Source of the DNA: Wallemia ichthyophaga EXF-994
Taxonomy: Eukaryota > Fungi > Basidiomycota
DNA: 32,000 bases
Direction: 5' to 3'
NCBI RefSeq assembly: GCF_000400465.1
Contig: NW_008806283.1
Location: 60,001-92,000 of the forward strand
Position numbers and translations under genes: made by a program. Each line of letters starts with the position of its first letter. The first letter of the stretch is position 1. This document shows, piece by piece, positions 20,701 through 32,000 of the stretch. The notes beneath the pieces were generated by a model. The model was not told the origin of the DNA, ran no database searches, and saw only the letters and a list, made by a program, of their open reading frames with translations.

Positions 20701-22227
20701 TGGCGTGAGTGAGAGTGACTGTGCAAGTGAGGATGATGGTGCTGAAGGAATGCCTCACCCTCGATAAATGGCGCTCTAATTGCATTAGCTGTTTGTCTGT
20801 AGTATCTTTTTGGCCTTTCGATGGAAAAGTCACTATCAATCAAGAAGACGTCATAAACACTTATTGAATGGGCATCCTCGACGCATACCAAGTAGTCGTC
20901 TCTGACAATCCACCACTTTGGTTCACGCAACTTCTTAATGCTTATCGCCGAAACAATCGATGGTTGTGCAGAGAGTCTACCGCAGTTATTTGACATGATG
21001 CGCAGGTAACCGGCTTTACCTTGACTACCGCCATTCTGGATCAAGCAGACTGTAAGTGCTGAGAACTCAAAGAATCTACAAATGCGGTTGGCGGAGGATG
21101 AGAACATTGTGGCACGGATAAGGTCAATGAGGTAGTTTTGTAATGAATCTCTTTGCATTCTAGCGAAATCCGACTTGGAGAGTTCTTTACCTTTGAGTCT
21201 GCCCTCCCTTTTGAGTAAGTTAAAGTAGGGTAAGCTTGTTTTTGGGAATTCTGGTAAGCCATCCATCGCTCTTCTGACTGAGGCGACGCGGAAGTGGGTA
21301 TGTAGACTAACAAAGTCACGTAGTTCGCGATAAATGGTCCATCTTAGGTTGGAATCACCGTACTGACACTGATAAAGGATGTGAGATGTGTAAATAGGGT
21401 AATTCTTCAAATTAGCGCACCTCAATTCTAAACATAGCGTGAGTGTTGGAGAGTGGATGAACACTATCGCTGACTCTAATTTTTAAGTGATGGAGAAATA
21501 CAGGTATACGTGGAGAGTGATGCTCATCGCGATCGAGAGCCATTTTGAGCATCACAGCGGGTAACATACCATACATGCACTCAGTGACCAAGTCAACTTC
21601 AGCGCCAGTACGTGGTTGTATAGATTTATGACCAATGATCTTTGATTTGATAGCAGCCCAACGGTGCTTACCAGATTTATCATTCTTGTCGTTGTAAGAA
21701 GACCTCCTTGATATCTGGGTGGTAGCATTCTGAAGGCGTGGATAATCTGAGCTGTTTTCCTTCTTTTTCTGGACAGTGTCATCCTGAGACATTGACCTAA
21801 CTTGTGCTTTGTTTTTTTTCTTTTTTGCGGGTTTTGGGGAGGGATCTTCATCCTCCCACTCGCTGGAAGACTCTAAACCGATAGAGGAAGAGCGTGACTG
21901 CTGTGCTGAGTAAACGCCTTTCATTTCATTCTGATTTGGAGCGAACTTTTTAGCGAAAGGGTCGTCTTCTTTACCCGCGAGAGAAGTGGGAGTATCAGGC
22001 ATATTAAGCAAAAGTCTAGCGCGTGGGTTTGGATGCTGCGAGGTGCCTGCGTATGAGCTCATTGAGAGCGTAGGCGAGGGACGTGAGGAGGAAGGACGCG
22101 AGTGTTTTGTAGATTTCATCGGATCCTTTGTATCTAGTGGGGGAAGCGGGGGTGACAGCTTTCCAGAGGACAGCTTCTCTGGCTCTTCGTGTCTGTGGAG
22201 TGTGAGCCCGTCATCGTGCAAATCCAC
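17757..22227 (-). CDS. SPO14: Phospholipase D1 (Spo14/Pld1 type), PX-PH-2xHKD, about 1400 aa; start codon uncertain
   Basis: Introns 21369-21420, 19783-19831 and 17825-17874. Motifs HHEKLCVVD and HAKTMTVD, PRMPWHD, IGSANINERS, and C-terminus NFLFNADHLHPLQVYN. The frame opens at GTG 22227; the first in-frame ATG is 22119. Confidence 0.95.
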
Positions 22228-22390
22228 GAGAGCTCAACCCACAACGGCAATTGTGTGAGAGTGTTGTCTCTATCATCAATCTGCGTCTTCTGAAGCTCCA
22301 GCGTTAAGTCCGCAAGCTTGGTCATCGCCGTGAGTGATCAAGACGCAACCCGCTCTGGGACGCACCACCACGCGCCACCAAGCCATTTGA

Positions 22391-23310
22391 ATGAGAAAAT
22401 TACTTAAATACGATGAAATACCCGCGTGGATAAAGGACAATCAGTTTATTACGCACGGATATCGCCCTGTCTCCCATTCCATCCGCAATTCACTCTCATC
22501 GATATTCGATAGCATTCACAACGAATCTGGTGGGAATAATTACATGGCAATTACTCCATCTAACTCCTACGGCTAGTGAACATACACTCACACCTTTGGG
22601 GTGCTGCTTTCTTCGTGTTTTGCTTGTTTGCCTTGTCAACCGATACGAAACACCAAAACTATTCGTGGAAAGACTACGTGGGGTTCTCCACTTTCATCTT
22701 ATCCGCAATCACCTGCCTCTCTTTCTCCTTTCTCTACCACACTTTCTCTAACCACTCAAAAACACTCGCAAACACTTGGCACGCTTTAGATTACGCTGGT
22801 ATATGCATCCTCATAGCCGGCAGCTTCATCCCTTCCATCTATTACGGCTTCTATTGCTCCCCTACATCCCAGCTCCTCTACATGGCTGCTATGCTCATCG
22901 CTTCCTCTGTCGCTCTCTACATTGTTCTCCACCCCCATTACCGCAGACCTTCTTTCAGGAAGGCGCGCACTAGTGTTTTTATAGCTCTTGGCCTATCCTC
23001 TATCCTCCCTATTGTCCATGCCCTTTACATGGACGGCCTCGACGTCCTCCGTCGAACTATAGCCCTTGACTACGTCCTCGCTTCTGGCAGCATGTACATC
23101 ATCGGCGCTCTCATCTACGCTGCTCGCTTTCCAGAGGCTTATTTCACTCATCGCAACTTCTCTTACTACGGCGCTTCTCATCAGATCTTCCACCTCTTTG
23201 TCGTCGCTGCGGCTGTGTGCCACTACTTTTCCATCCTTTCCTCGCAGTCCTTTTACAGCGACCCCGAGTTCGATTACTGTTCCAGGTATGTACACAACTG
23301 GCAAATGTAA
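22391..23310 (+). CDS. PAQR/hemolysin-III family membrane protein (IZH/adiponectin-receptor-like), 290 aa
   Basis: Intron 22530-22576 yields PAWIKDNQFITHGYRP...HNESVNIHSH, SxxYHTF...DYAGI and SHQIFH (zinc-binding His motifs), with about 7 hydrophobic segments. Confidence 0.93.
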
Positions 23311-23402
23311 TTCATACACCTACGCATGAAATGTGGATTATTTACAAAACAAAAAGAAAAAAAAAGAAAAAAAGGAATTCATTTTATGTACAAGGTATCA
23401 TT

Positions 23403-26400
23403 TCATTCGTCCTCATTCCTATAACCGGCTCTACGCATAGCACCTAGAGTTCTCCTTGCGGACGAAAGGTCCTTCTCGAGCTTGAGTATCTCGACCTGCT
23501 GCTCCATCTCCCTGACTTTGAACTCATGCGTGGGTACACTAGCCCAATCGACGTGACCATCTGCGTCTTGTGCTTGCTTGGCTGAAATAGCCTTGACTTG
23601 GCGCACGAGAGCTTTGCACGCCTCAGTGACAGCCTTAGCGGCAATTTCGAGTCGTTCCTGCGTCTTGGACATGAAGTTCGCCTTGACGCGCGACGCAGCG
23701 ACGAGCTGTGCGGTAGCTGCTGCCACTTCATTTGACGCTACGATAAGCTGCTCGAGTGAGTGAGACCCATTCAACACTCCGTCTGCGGCTTCGATGAGAA
23801 GATTCGTCGCAAACGCTACAGCCTTGGCAGCTGAAATCAATCCCTCTGTCCATCTGTTGTTGCGTTTGTAGAATTGCTGCGCTGACATGGTAGATCCACG
23901 TCCTTGGGCTACTATTTCCTTCTGAGACTCTGTAGCAGCCTGGATGAGACGAGCAATCGCATTCGTTATCGCTAGCGACGCTTCGAGTATTGCATCGTGC
24001 ACATTCTTGTCTAGACCGGAGTACCTCGTCGTGGTTTCCGCATGCATCATCGATTGTATCCTCTCGGTCGCCGCTTGGATTGCGTTTGCTGCTGCTAACA
24101 TCTCTCGCTCAACTATATCTCCAATTTCACCACTAGCTTTGGATAACTCTGTGCGGCCTTTAGGAATGGCCATGTCGAGGATATCTGTGAGCTCGTTTAG
24201 CGCCTCGCGCGAATCTGAGTTTTTGCGCGCGACAACGAGCGCACGTTGTTCAGAAGGCACCAGAGCAAGACGGAATGACTGCACATCAAGGAAAGCCCTT
24301 GCGGCAACATCACCAACTTTCCTAGCACCCTTGATTAGTGCATCGGATGCTTCGTCATCCTTAGTCAGCCTAGTTACTCCCTTGGCATTGAGCAGTATCT
24401 CGCAAATAGTTTGAGACAGCTCATTGGCAATCTTGATTACGTCAACGTGCCCAGCTGTCTGCTTGGGTGCTATGAAAGATGTGAAAGTCACTGCAAATTC
24501 CGAAGCATCCGCTTGCGCTTTTTCAATCATTGATAGTGTATACTCTGGAGATGCATTCTGGTTTCCAGTCTGGATTGACGACTCAAGCTCGTAATTGACA
24601 TCATCAATTTTATGCACGCATGCTTGGAAGATACTGTCAATAATCTGCTTTAACTTCTTATCGTGATCAACAATAAGCAAATCAATTTGTGCATTCAGTG
24701 CTTGGTCTGATTCTCCCTGTGTTAATTGCATTTCACCGAGTTTGCCGATAGTGGAATCCATTCCTTCTTGAATGATGGCAATCTCCGCATCTTTCTCTTC
24801 GCGCACACGCTCCGCTTCACCATTCGCCACGTCAATCTTATGAAGGAGCTCATCGATTTGTATTTGCTTTGAGTGGAGACTATCTTCCAACTCGTTCAAT
24901 TGTCGATTATATCTGCTGATCATGGAGGAGGTTTCAGTGGAGCGGTGGCGCGTTGCATCCTCTGCTCTCTCATTTGCAAAGTCAAGATCACGACGTAAAC
25001 GACTATGCTCATCTTTCTGACTTGATTTAAGTCTGTCAAGATCAAAGCGAGCTCTGTCGCGTTCACGTATCATGTCTGCTAGCTCGAGATTCTTTGCTTT
25101 GACATCACGTTCCATGCGTTCGTACTGTTTAGTGTTAGCGTGGTGCTTTGTATTGATAAGCGATGACAAACTCACCTTAGTGATTGCCTCCTGAGCAGAA
25201 TTAGCTTTGAGTTGCATTTGCTTAAATTTCCCAAGCATATCCAGGTGTTCAGTGCGTAGTTGAGAATACAATTTTGCCAGTGCCTCATACTTGTTTCTCC
25301 ACATGGTAATTTGATCCTGTAAACTCTTAATGAGCTCATCTTTGCCTATCATCTGTGCTCCAACATTGGCATTGATTGCAGCCAACTCCATTTCAAGGGC
25401 CTTGACACGCGAGTCATATTGCTGAAGCATCATCTGGTCCCTCTCAAACTGACCTCTCATCTCTAGTAGTTGACGCTCCATATCTGCAGCTGCACCCATG
25501 TGCTGCTGTGCCGCTTGCTGTTGTAAAAGCTGTTGTTTTGCCATTTCTTGTTGTTGTTGTTGGAGGAGTTGCTGTTCTTCAAACTCACGCTGCTGATTTT
25601 GCATCTGAAGTTGACGTTGAGCTTCCTGCGAGTCACGCTCAGATTGAAGCTTGGCCTGTTGATCTTCATACTCCTTGAGCATACGTGCTTGTTCAGCAAT
25701 ATCAACTGATGGGGTGTCTGGAGCAGTGGGTGGGGGAGCAGGTGACTTTTGCAAAGCTTTCCGCTCAGCCATCTCAGCATGACCTTCCGGATCCTGCCAT
25801 AAGTTTGGAGGCTCCTGGGGGAGTTGTTAGGTTGGGAAGGGTAAGACAGAGAAAGACGACCCACCTGACCAAGTTTAGGAACGTTGATTAAAGAGGTGAG
25901 GTATTTGAGGTTGGAGCATTCGTAGTAAAATTTACGCAATTGATGGTGTTGACCGTTGAAGCGCTGTACGAGAGGTTGAAGGATCTCATCAGCGTTTTCG
26001 ACACCTGTTGGAATGTGATTGAGTGGGAAGTTAACAGGTTGTTAATTAAAACTAACGTCTGTGCATTGCTCTAAGCATGGAAGTGATGAATCTGTAAATA
26101 CCATAACTCTCCTTAACGAGAGGAACAAGGGAAGAGATTCTGCACTCATTGTTTGAGATGCCACGGAGGTGCATAAAAACCAGACGCTGGAAAGAATCGA
26201 TACCGTCTTGAAGATTCATAAGATCGGCAACTGTCTCATATCTAAGTGGGTGAATGAGTGGGGTAAAGCGGGGTAAGAGAACGAAACAAACCCCTCATTA
26301 GGATCATCAACGCCTTTGAGAGTGATATACTCAGCGTATTCAAACAAACCATTGAATTCAGGGTGGTTTCTGTGAAAACGCAATTTGGACATGATGAATT

Positions 26401-26903
26401 GAACGTAAGCTTGAATTAGTGGAGCGTAACCAAGACCAAAGTTGCCAACAGTGCGTGAGCAAGTGTCTAGCCAGCCGATGTGCTGTTGAATTTCGCGTAA
26501 AGTCTGAGATGACGTCAGACGTGTGTACTGGGAAGGTATAACGAGAGTCCACACGCACAATTGGATGGCCTTCCTGTACGATTTTGTGCACAACGATAAG
26601 AGCTTTGTAAGTTTGAACTTCATCGCTCATAATCGGCTGTACACGTAAACCAGACCAAATGGATTGTGAGGAGTGATAATCCCAAGTGTAAACAATACAT
26701 TCTGCGATAAGAATGATGAGCTCATGATTGTAATCTAAATAATAAAACTAACTTCTAACGTGCTTCTGCTTTGGTGCAGTCTCATCAGTATTCGTTGCTT
26801 TCTTAATATTGAGAGCGAGTTCAGTTTCAGCTTTATCGCGATCAACGGGTCTTGATGGCTGGTGGAAGCTGTCGTGAAATCCCTGCTGCCTTAATCTCGA
26901 CAT
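23403..26903 (-). CDS. SLA2: Endocytic adaptor Sla2/End4 (HIP1R), ANTH - coiled coil - I/LWEQ, about 1063 aa, 7 exons
   Basis: Introns 26702-26752, 26504-26558, 26242-26291, 26005-26056, 25815-25864 and 25125-25175. Motifs KKATNTDETAPKQKHVR and RWTEGLISAAKAVA...LEQLIVASNEVAAATAQLVAASRVKA. Confidence 0.96.
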
Positions 26904-26934
26904 GGTGATGGTGGTTGGTGTCAGCCTAACAACC

Positions 26935-28278
26935 ATGAGTGATTTGGAAATTTCAAGACAAGAAAAGCTGGCGAGGGCCAGAAACCATTTGAAGAAGGCT
27001 CAGTCGAAGAAAAAGCACTCGAGTAGCGCTTCAAGAGACGTTTCTTCGTTATTCACTACAACTCCAACTGATCAGCCAAATTCTCCTTTATTCTCTCCTA
27101 CGCTTGATGAATCTGATAAGACGAGCGATTGGGATGCTTTGCAATCCTCGCTTCAGATTCAATCTGATAAGCAGCTTGACGTGGATCAGGCTGCGGATGA
27201 TTTTGATAAAGGTGATCAAGAGGGTGGATATGATGAGGCGAATGCGGTGGATGGAGTCGATGTAGTGAATTCGAGAGATGCAGGGGATGTGGTTGATACA
27301 GGTAATACAGCCGATACATTCGATACACTCGATAAAGCTGAGGAACCGCACGAGAAACGGGAGAATGCACAAGAATCACCCGAAATGCAACGGCAACAAC
27401 CGCCACTCACAGAAATTTCCTTAGAAGAGCTCAAACAGCAATTAAATGAAGCACACATTGATCATAGCGCGCAAATGAGCGAAAAGAAGAACACAATTGA
27501 TGCACTTGAAAAGACAATCATTGAACTGAAAAGCAACTCTGGAAATAGCGATGAAGTTAATAATTTAGAGAGGAAATTAGATTCAATACAGGCCCAATTA
27601 ATGTCGAACAAGCAATCACACCAAGAAACAAATTCAGCATTGCAACATAGTGAAAATGAGCGTAATCAGCAACGAGAGAATATTGATGCAATTGAGCAAA
27701 AGCTAAGTCATGCTTCGGAGCAGTTGTTGAGGAGTAAATTGGATAACAAGAGTGTTAGAGATGAGGTGGAGAGGGGTAATTCTGAGATTAAATCTTTGAA
27801 GGAGCAACTTAGCGAGCAGCTATCAACAATAAGTAATCTGCAAGAGATGGAAAAGGAGAAAGAGAGGCTATCCACCCTTTCTAGCAATTTGCAAGAGTCA
27901 AACGAATCTCTATCTCACCGTCTTTCACAGTTAGAGGAGGAGAATGCATCTCTAAAGCAAACTATAGAAAAGGACGCAGATAGAAAGAGTATCGAGAGTC
28001 TCGATAAGGGGGCATCAACAATACCATTGAATACTAATGGACACTTTGTCTCAGCAGCTGCACGCTCACTTATACCAAGCAGCGTGATGCATAAGCGTCG
28101 AGAATCGTTGCAGATGCTCAAGATACGTATGGATAGTCACATACAGCCAACACAAATGGACGCCGTCAATGAAGAGAGCCTGCCGCGCAACCAATTTATG
28201 ACCAACGACGACCCACTCTTCTTCTGTGCAGCTTGTGAGAATGAGAATGACGAGGGAGAAGGGTTGATTGTGTTGTAA
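26935..28278 (+). CDS. Golgin-like coiled-coil protein with GM130-like N- and C-terminal signatures, 447 aa
   Basis: Start at MSDLEISRQEKLARARNHLKK in good Kozak context (accATG). Central heptad-rich region. C-terminus PLFFCAACENENDEGEGLIVL. Confidence 0.7.
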   Translation: MSDLEISRQEKLARARNHLKKAQSKKKHSSSASRDVSSLFTTTPTDQPNSPLFSPTLDESDKTSDWDALQSSLQIQSDKQLDVDQAADDFDKGDQEGGYDEANAVDGVDVVNSRDAGDVVDTGNTADTFDTLDKAEEPHEKRENAQESPEMQRQQPPLTEISLEELKQQLNEAHIDHSAQMSEKKNTIDALEKTIIELKSNSGNSDEVNNLERKLDSIQAQLMSNKQSHQETNSALQHSENERNQQRENIDAIEQKLSHASEQLLRSKLDNKSVRDEVERGNSEIKSLKEQLSEQLSTISNLQEMEKEKERLSTLSSNLQESNESLSHRLSQLEEENASLKQTIEKDADRKSIESLDKGASTIPLNTNGHFVSAAARSLIPSSVMHKRRESLQMLKIRMDSHIQPTQMDAVNEESLPRNQFMTNDDPLFFCAACENENDEGEGLIVL

Positions 28279-28526
28279 TGAGAATGAATTTGTTTGATAA
28301 GTGAGAATTAACAAGTGAGAATATGAGACATTAGATAGTGCCAGACATTATGGTAACAGACACATCAAACATACCAAACACTCTTGACATATAAATGGTT
28401 ATAGATTGTTTAATAGTATGACTGAAATGATCTCAGATACGATCGATATAAGAAGAGAGATAAGACAATTTAGATTTAATTATAAAGAATTCGTTTATCG
28501 GTTATAGATTTGAGTCATGGAAAATT

Positions 28527-29360
28527 TTAGGCTTGTTCACCTTGAGCTGGTTCATCTTCTTGCTTAACATCAGATTTCTCTTCTGGCTTTGAATCAGATT
28601 CTTGCATGTCCGAAGTCCATAAAGTGAGGTTATCACGTAAGAGTTGCATAATCAATGTGCTGTCTTTGTAGCTTTCCTCGGAGAGAGTGTCTAATTCAGC
28701 GATAGCGTCATCGAAGGCTTGCTTAGCGAGGTGACAAGCGCGGTCAGGAGAGTTAAGAATTTCATAGTAAAAGACTGAGAAGTTAAGAGCCAAGCCAAGT
28801 CTGATAGGGTGAGTTGGAGGAAGTTCAGTGACAGCGACGTCGGAAGCAGACTTGTAAGCCTCCAAAGAAGCTTCAGCTGATCCCTTTCTACGATCACCGG
28901 TAGCGAATTCAGCGAGGTAACGGTGGTAGTCACCCTTCATCTTGTGGTAGAAGACCTTTGATTCACCGGACGCAGCAGAAGGAATGAGGTGGCCATCGAG
29001 AACGTCGAGAATGTCTTCACATATCTTAGCCAATTCAAGCTCAATCTTCTCTCTGTAAGACTTAATCATGTGAACTTGAGAATCGTTGCCCTTAGACTCC
29101 TCCTTTTGCTCAATAGAGGATACGATTCTCCAAGAAGCTCTACGAGCACCGATGACGTTCTTGTAAGCGACAGAGAGCAAGTTACGTTCTTCAACGGTGA
29201 GTTCTTGATCAGAGGAGGCCACCTTCTTCATAGATTCGACCATTTCTGGGTGGATTGTGAGCTGAGAGTGAGACACGTGAAGCACCCACACACCTTCATA
29301 ACGCTCAGCTTGCTCAGCGAGTTTAGCGAGGTAAACGTGGTCTTCACGGGTTTCAGTCAT
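28527..29360 (-). CDS. BMH1: 14-3-3 protein, 261 aa after removal of an in-frame 48-nt intron
   Basis: [12 protein letters not shown]|EMVESMK after splicing 29246-29293. Motifs [48 protein letters not shown] and [14 protein letters not shown]. The symbol is a family name; one-to-one orthology was not tested. Confidence 0.97.
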   Translation of the reverse strand: MTETREDHVYLAKLAEQAERYEGVWVLHVSHSQLTIHPEMVESMKKVASSDQELTVEERNLLSVAYKNVIGARRASWRIVSSIEQKEESKGNDSQVHMIKSYREKIELELAKICEDILDVLDGHLIPSAASGESKVFYHKMKGDYHRYLAEFATGDRRKGSAEASLEAYKSASDVAVTELPPTHPIRLGLALNFSVFYYEILNSPDRACHLAKQAFDDAIAELDTLSEESYKDSTLIMQLLRDNLTLWTSDMQESDSKPEEKSDVKQEDEPAQGEQA

Positions 29361-29996
29361 TTCTACGGGTATTGTTAGGATTTTTGTATTTTTAGTGCGA
29401 GTGCGTGTGCGTTGGGTGCAAGTGAGGTGAAGGAAATTCCAGACTTTGACGTTTCATAAAGGAGAAATTTTTAAAGAAATTCAAGAGAGTGGCAGTGGGA
29501 GCGTGGTGGCTGTGTGTTGCAGGCAGCCCAGTATCACCACCAAGCTCCCCCACTCCCGCTCACCCACTCTTAAGCCACGTCACCGAAAAACCGCAGTGAC
29601 GCGTGGATGTATGAATACACCACGCAGCCACCCAATCTCGCACTCCCGCCAACGCCCACGCTTCGCCTCACCCACCTTGTTGTCTGTGTTAGATGGTATT
29701 CTGCGTAGGCTTCGAATAATCGATCCATTTCATCAAAGCGTAAAAAAAATTACAAAGTAAAAATCCTATTGTAGGTTATTGTGAGATGTGGAGGGGTCTG
29801 GGAGGCATGTTAGCCACTCTGCGCTTGTTACACATTTATACACGTTATCAGTGGTGCTAGCGGGTGGCCACGGCGTAAAGGGGTGTGCAGAGCGGGGAGT
29901 GTAATAAATGAATAAATATACTTGTAAAAATGGATTGTATATCAAAATAATTATATCTGCCAAATTGAGCGGCTTAAACAGCGTATATCAGCGTAT

Positions 29997-30943
29997 ATGA
30001 CACGAACCAGGAAAATAGACGGCGTTCGTAGTCTGCTGAGCCATCCAGCTTTGCAGTGTGCACCGAAGTCTAGACCTGTTTATCAGCTTAACCAGCTTAA
30101 TCGGGTCAACAACCCCTACTGTTAGTAGTGTTCTAATTCAAAAACCACGCTAAAAACACTCCAGTATCGATGCTAGCTACACCACTGCGCTGGTGTGCTG
30201 TATCCAAGTACAAATACCCCAGTGCGCTACTCCTGCGCTTCAGAGTGGTCCAAGGTGTGCTACAGCTGCGAGACAAGGCGTCCACCAACAATTCAAACTC
30301 ACTCGGTAAAGGAATGAGTGTGCTTTGTCGGCGCAGTGCACTCGAGTGTATGCTAAATGACAAGCTCTGGATGAGGTTATCGCGAAATGCGAGTGTACCT
30401 AGCCATTTCGTACACGCAGTACAATCGCAGCTGGTGGATGGAGTGGTGGCTGAGTTAGATGGCATTCTGCGTAAGCTGCGCAGTAATTGTGTTGAGCCGG
30501 ATCAATCGTTTCAATCGGATCACCCAGCGTGGTTAATGCAGCGTCAGACAATCGCTACAACAAACACAACTTTATTCGTCGGTTTCTATATCACTCTGGC
30601 ATCAACACCAACACACACAGTCCCATTCAGCCGCCTCACTCAAGGAACATACAGCTCACCGATCTACACGTTCAGCGACAAATACGCAGACAAATACCAG
30701 CTAAACGCGATTCGTTATCGTCTGAGCAAATTAGAAGAGCAGCTGCGACGCCGGGGATGCAACACTGGCCAAAACACCTCCGACACGTTTGCATTTGGGT
30801 TCGGCAGAGTGAGTGATGCACACCTGTCCATCGATCTCACCCCTCTCGCCGTGGCGCTGTGGAGATGTAGAATGTGGCATGAGGATGAGCTGGTTTTAGA
30901 GGGTTTTGGGTTGAATAGTGGGGATATTAGGGTGATACGGTAG
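29997..30943 (+). CDS. Conserved fungal protein, tentatively RRG8-like mitochondrial protein, about 300 aa
   Basis: Exon 1 (29997-30120) plus intron 30121-30164 (gttagt...gctaa...cag) joins ORF 30170-30943, creating NPYLSMLATPLRWCAVSKYKYPSALLLRF. C-terminal LAVALWRCRMW. The family call is from recollection of this motif. Confidence 0.55.
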
Positions 30944-31039
30944 ATTATCAATCAGCATATCAATCAGCACTATCATCATATCATCATCATATCATCAATA
31001 ATACAGTGAGCAGTGAGTGAATCTTCACAACTGTCTCGT

Positions 31040-31797
31040 TTAACTATACGAACTGTACGGCGGTGGATTCTCTTGTCCCTGCTGCCTCTCCTCGTTAGCG
31101 TCCGCATCAGCACCTCTAGCGGCCATAGCAGCGTGCACGCTATCGTCGTGTACCTGATACGAGTAATCTGGGGTAGGATTGCTGCTGTGATTAGACTCGC
31201 TTTCGTATTTAGGCAGGGGTTCATTCTGGGGTGCGTTTGAGTAAGCACCCAGACGCTCTCTGGCTTCTTCAACCCCCTGGTAGAATTCGAAGGTGGATCC
31301 CTGGCTGAACCAGACTTTGAGGTCAGCGCCCTGGTTGAAGCCGTTGGAGTAGGTGTGTTGGTTGTAGTCGTTGTCGTTGTTGTCGTTGTCATTCTCACCA
31401 CCCCGATCACCCCGATCACCCCGATCGTCAATACCGCTGCCACTCCCACCAGGCAGAATAGTAGCCTCCCAACGATTCGCGCCGAGGAGTGGCTGGGCGA
31501 GGTAGCCATCAGCGACGTACTGGAGGAGCACACTGAGGCTGCGAATGGATTCGTGGGCGGGTGAGAGAAATACTATACGCTTGTTGGTAAGGAAGATGCT
31601 GCCGTGTGCATCATAAACGCGTCCAGGAGCACTGAGGCTGATGCGCAACTGGACGTCGTCGTAGCTGAGTATTATCTTCTCCTCTGTGTGCAGAGTGAGA
31701 TTGTGACAGTGAGCCAGAATCGAACACCCAACCTACCGGGGAATTCAACGGGTCTTGTGCCGTCTTGATTGGTCATTGAGTTGTTGATTGCAGCCAT
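31040..31797 (-). CDS. WBP2-like PH/GRAM-domain protein with PY motifs, 234 aa
   Basis: Exon 1 is 31797-31737, intron 31684-31736. Motifs GSIFLTNKRIVF, QPLLGANRW, LPKY and PPPY. Confidence 0.8.
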
Positions 31798-31830
31798 TGT
31801 TGTGGTGGTGGTTAGGGAGTAAGGGGATTA

Positions 31831-31857
31831 ATCAATAATATCAATAATATCAATAAT
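31831..31857. repeat. 9-nt tandem repeat (atcaataat x3) in a 130-bp divergent promoter
   Basis: Directly visible. Confidence 0.85.
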
Positions 31858-31927
31858 AAAATATAAATGGCTATCCTTGTGTGCATATTCACTCATTCTC
31901 ACTTCCTGCTTCCCACTCCCACCACCC

Positions 31928-32000
31928 ATGTCCAGATTCATCAGAGGCTCTCTCAGTGGTTTCGCTGTTGCTGCCGCAGCCAGCTACAGCTTTAGTAGTG
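31928..32000 (+). CDS. 5' fragment of a gene running off the window; N-terminus resembles small mitochondrial membrane proteins such as Mic12
   Basis: MSRFIRGSLSGFAVAAAASYSFSS follows a pyrimidine-rich leader. Too short for a firm assignment. Confidence 0.35.
   Translation, partial: MSRFIRGSLSGFAVAAAASYSFSS

Noticed and set aside
29361-29996. Possible ncRNA in the 636-bp divergent intergenic region
   Set aside because: No tRNA cloverleaf, snoRNA box pair or Pol III box arrangement could be identified by eye; it is adequately explained as promoters and UTRs.
30947-31005. atcaatcagca and atcatc short repeats between convergent genes
   Set aside because: Simple low-complexity terminator-region repeats; no spacer structure, so not CRISPR-like.

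Overview
Gene-dense fungal DNA with many short introns (about 41-55 nt, GT...CTRAC...YAG) and very short intergenic spaces. The compact architecture and protein styles suggest a basidiomycete such as Wallemia; this is inference and was not tested. Bases 1 to about 5000 form a visibly more AT-rich accessory island with at least four small secreted-protein genes that the ORF track misses or truncates. Two are paralogous Lys-Arg-repeat (Kex2-processed-type) precursors, one a clear pseudogene and one frameshifted. The three genes whose 5' ends are visible each have exactly 22 codons in a signal-peptide exon followed by a phase-0 intron. From 5024 onward the window holds conserved genes: Spc7/Spc105 (KNL1), a LisH/LUFS regulator, an S8 subtilase, a small WW-domain gene 13 nt downstream of a PY-motif arrestin-like gene, CDC42, CBP4, a GlcG/DUF967-fold protein with an inserted RFX-like winged helix, phospholipase D1, a PAQR/IZH protein, SLA2 head-to-head (31 bp) with a GM130-like golgin, 14-3-3, an RRG8-like protein and a WBP2-like protein. 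No tRNA, rRNA, CRISPR array or recognisable transposon was seen. Gene models were spliced by hand and all family calls come from motif recognition, not database searches.
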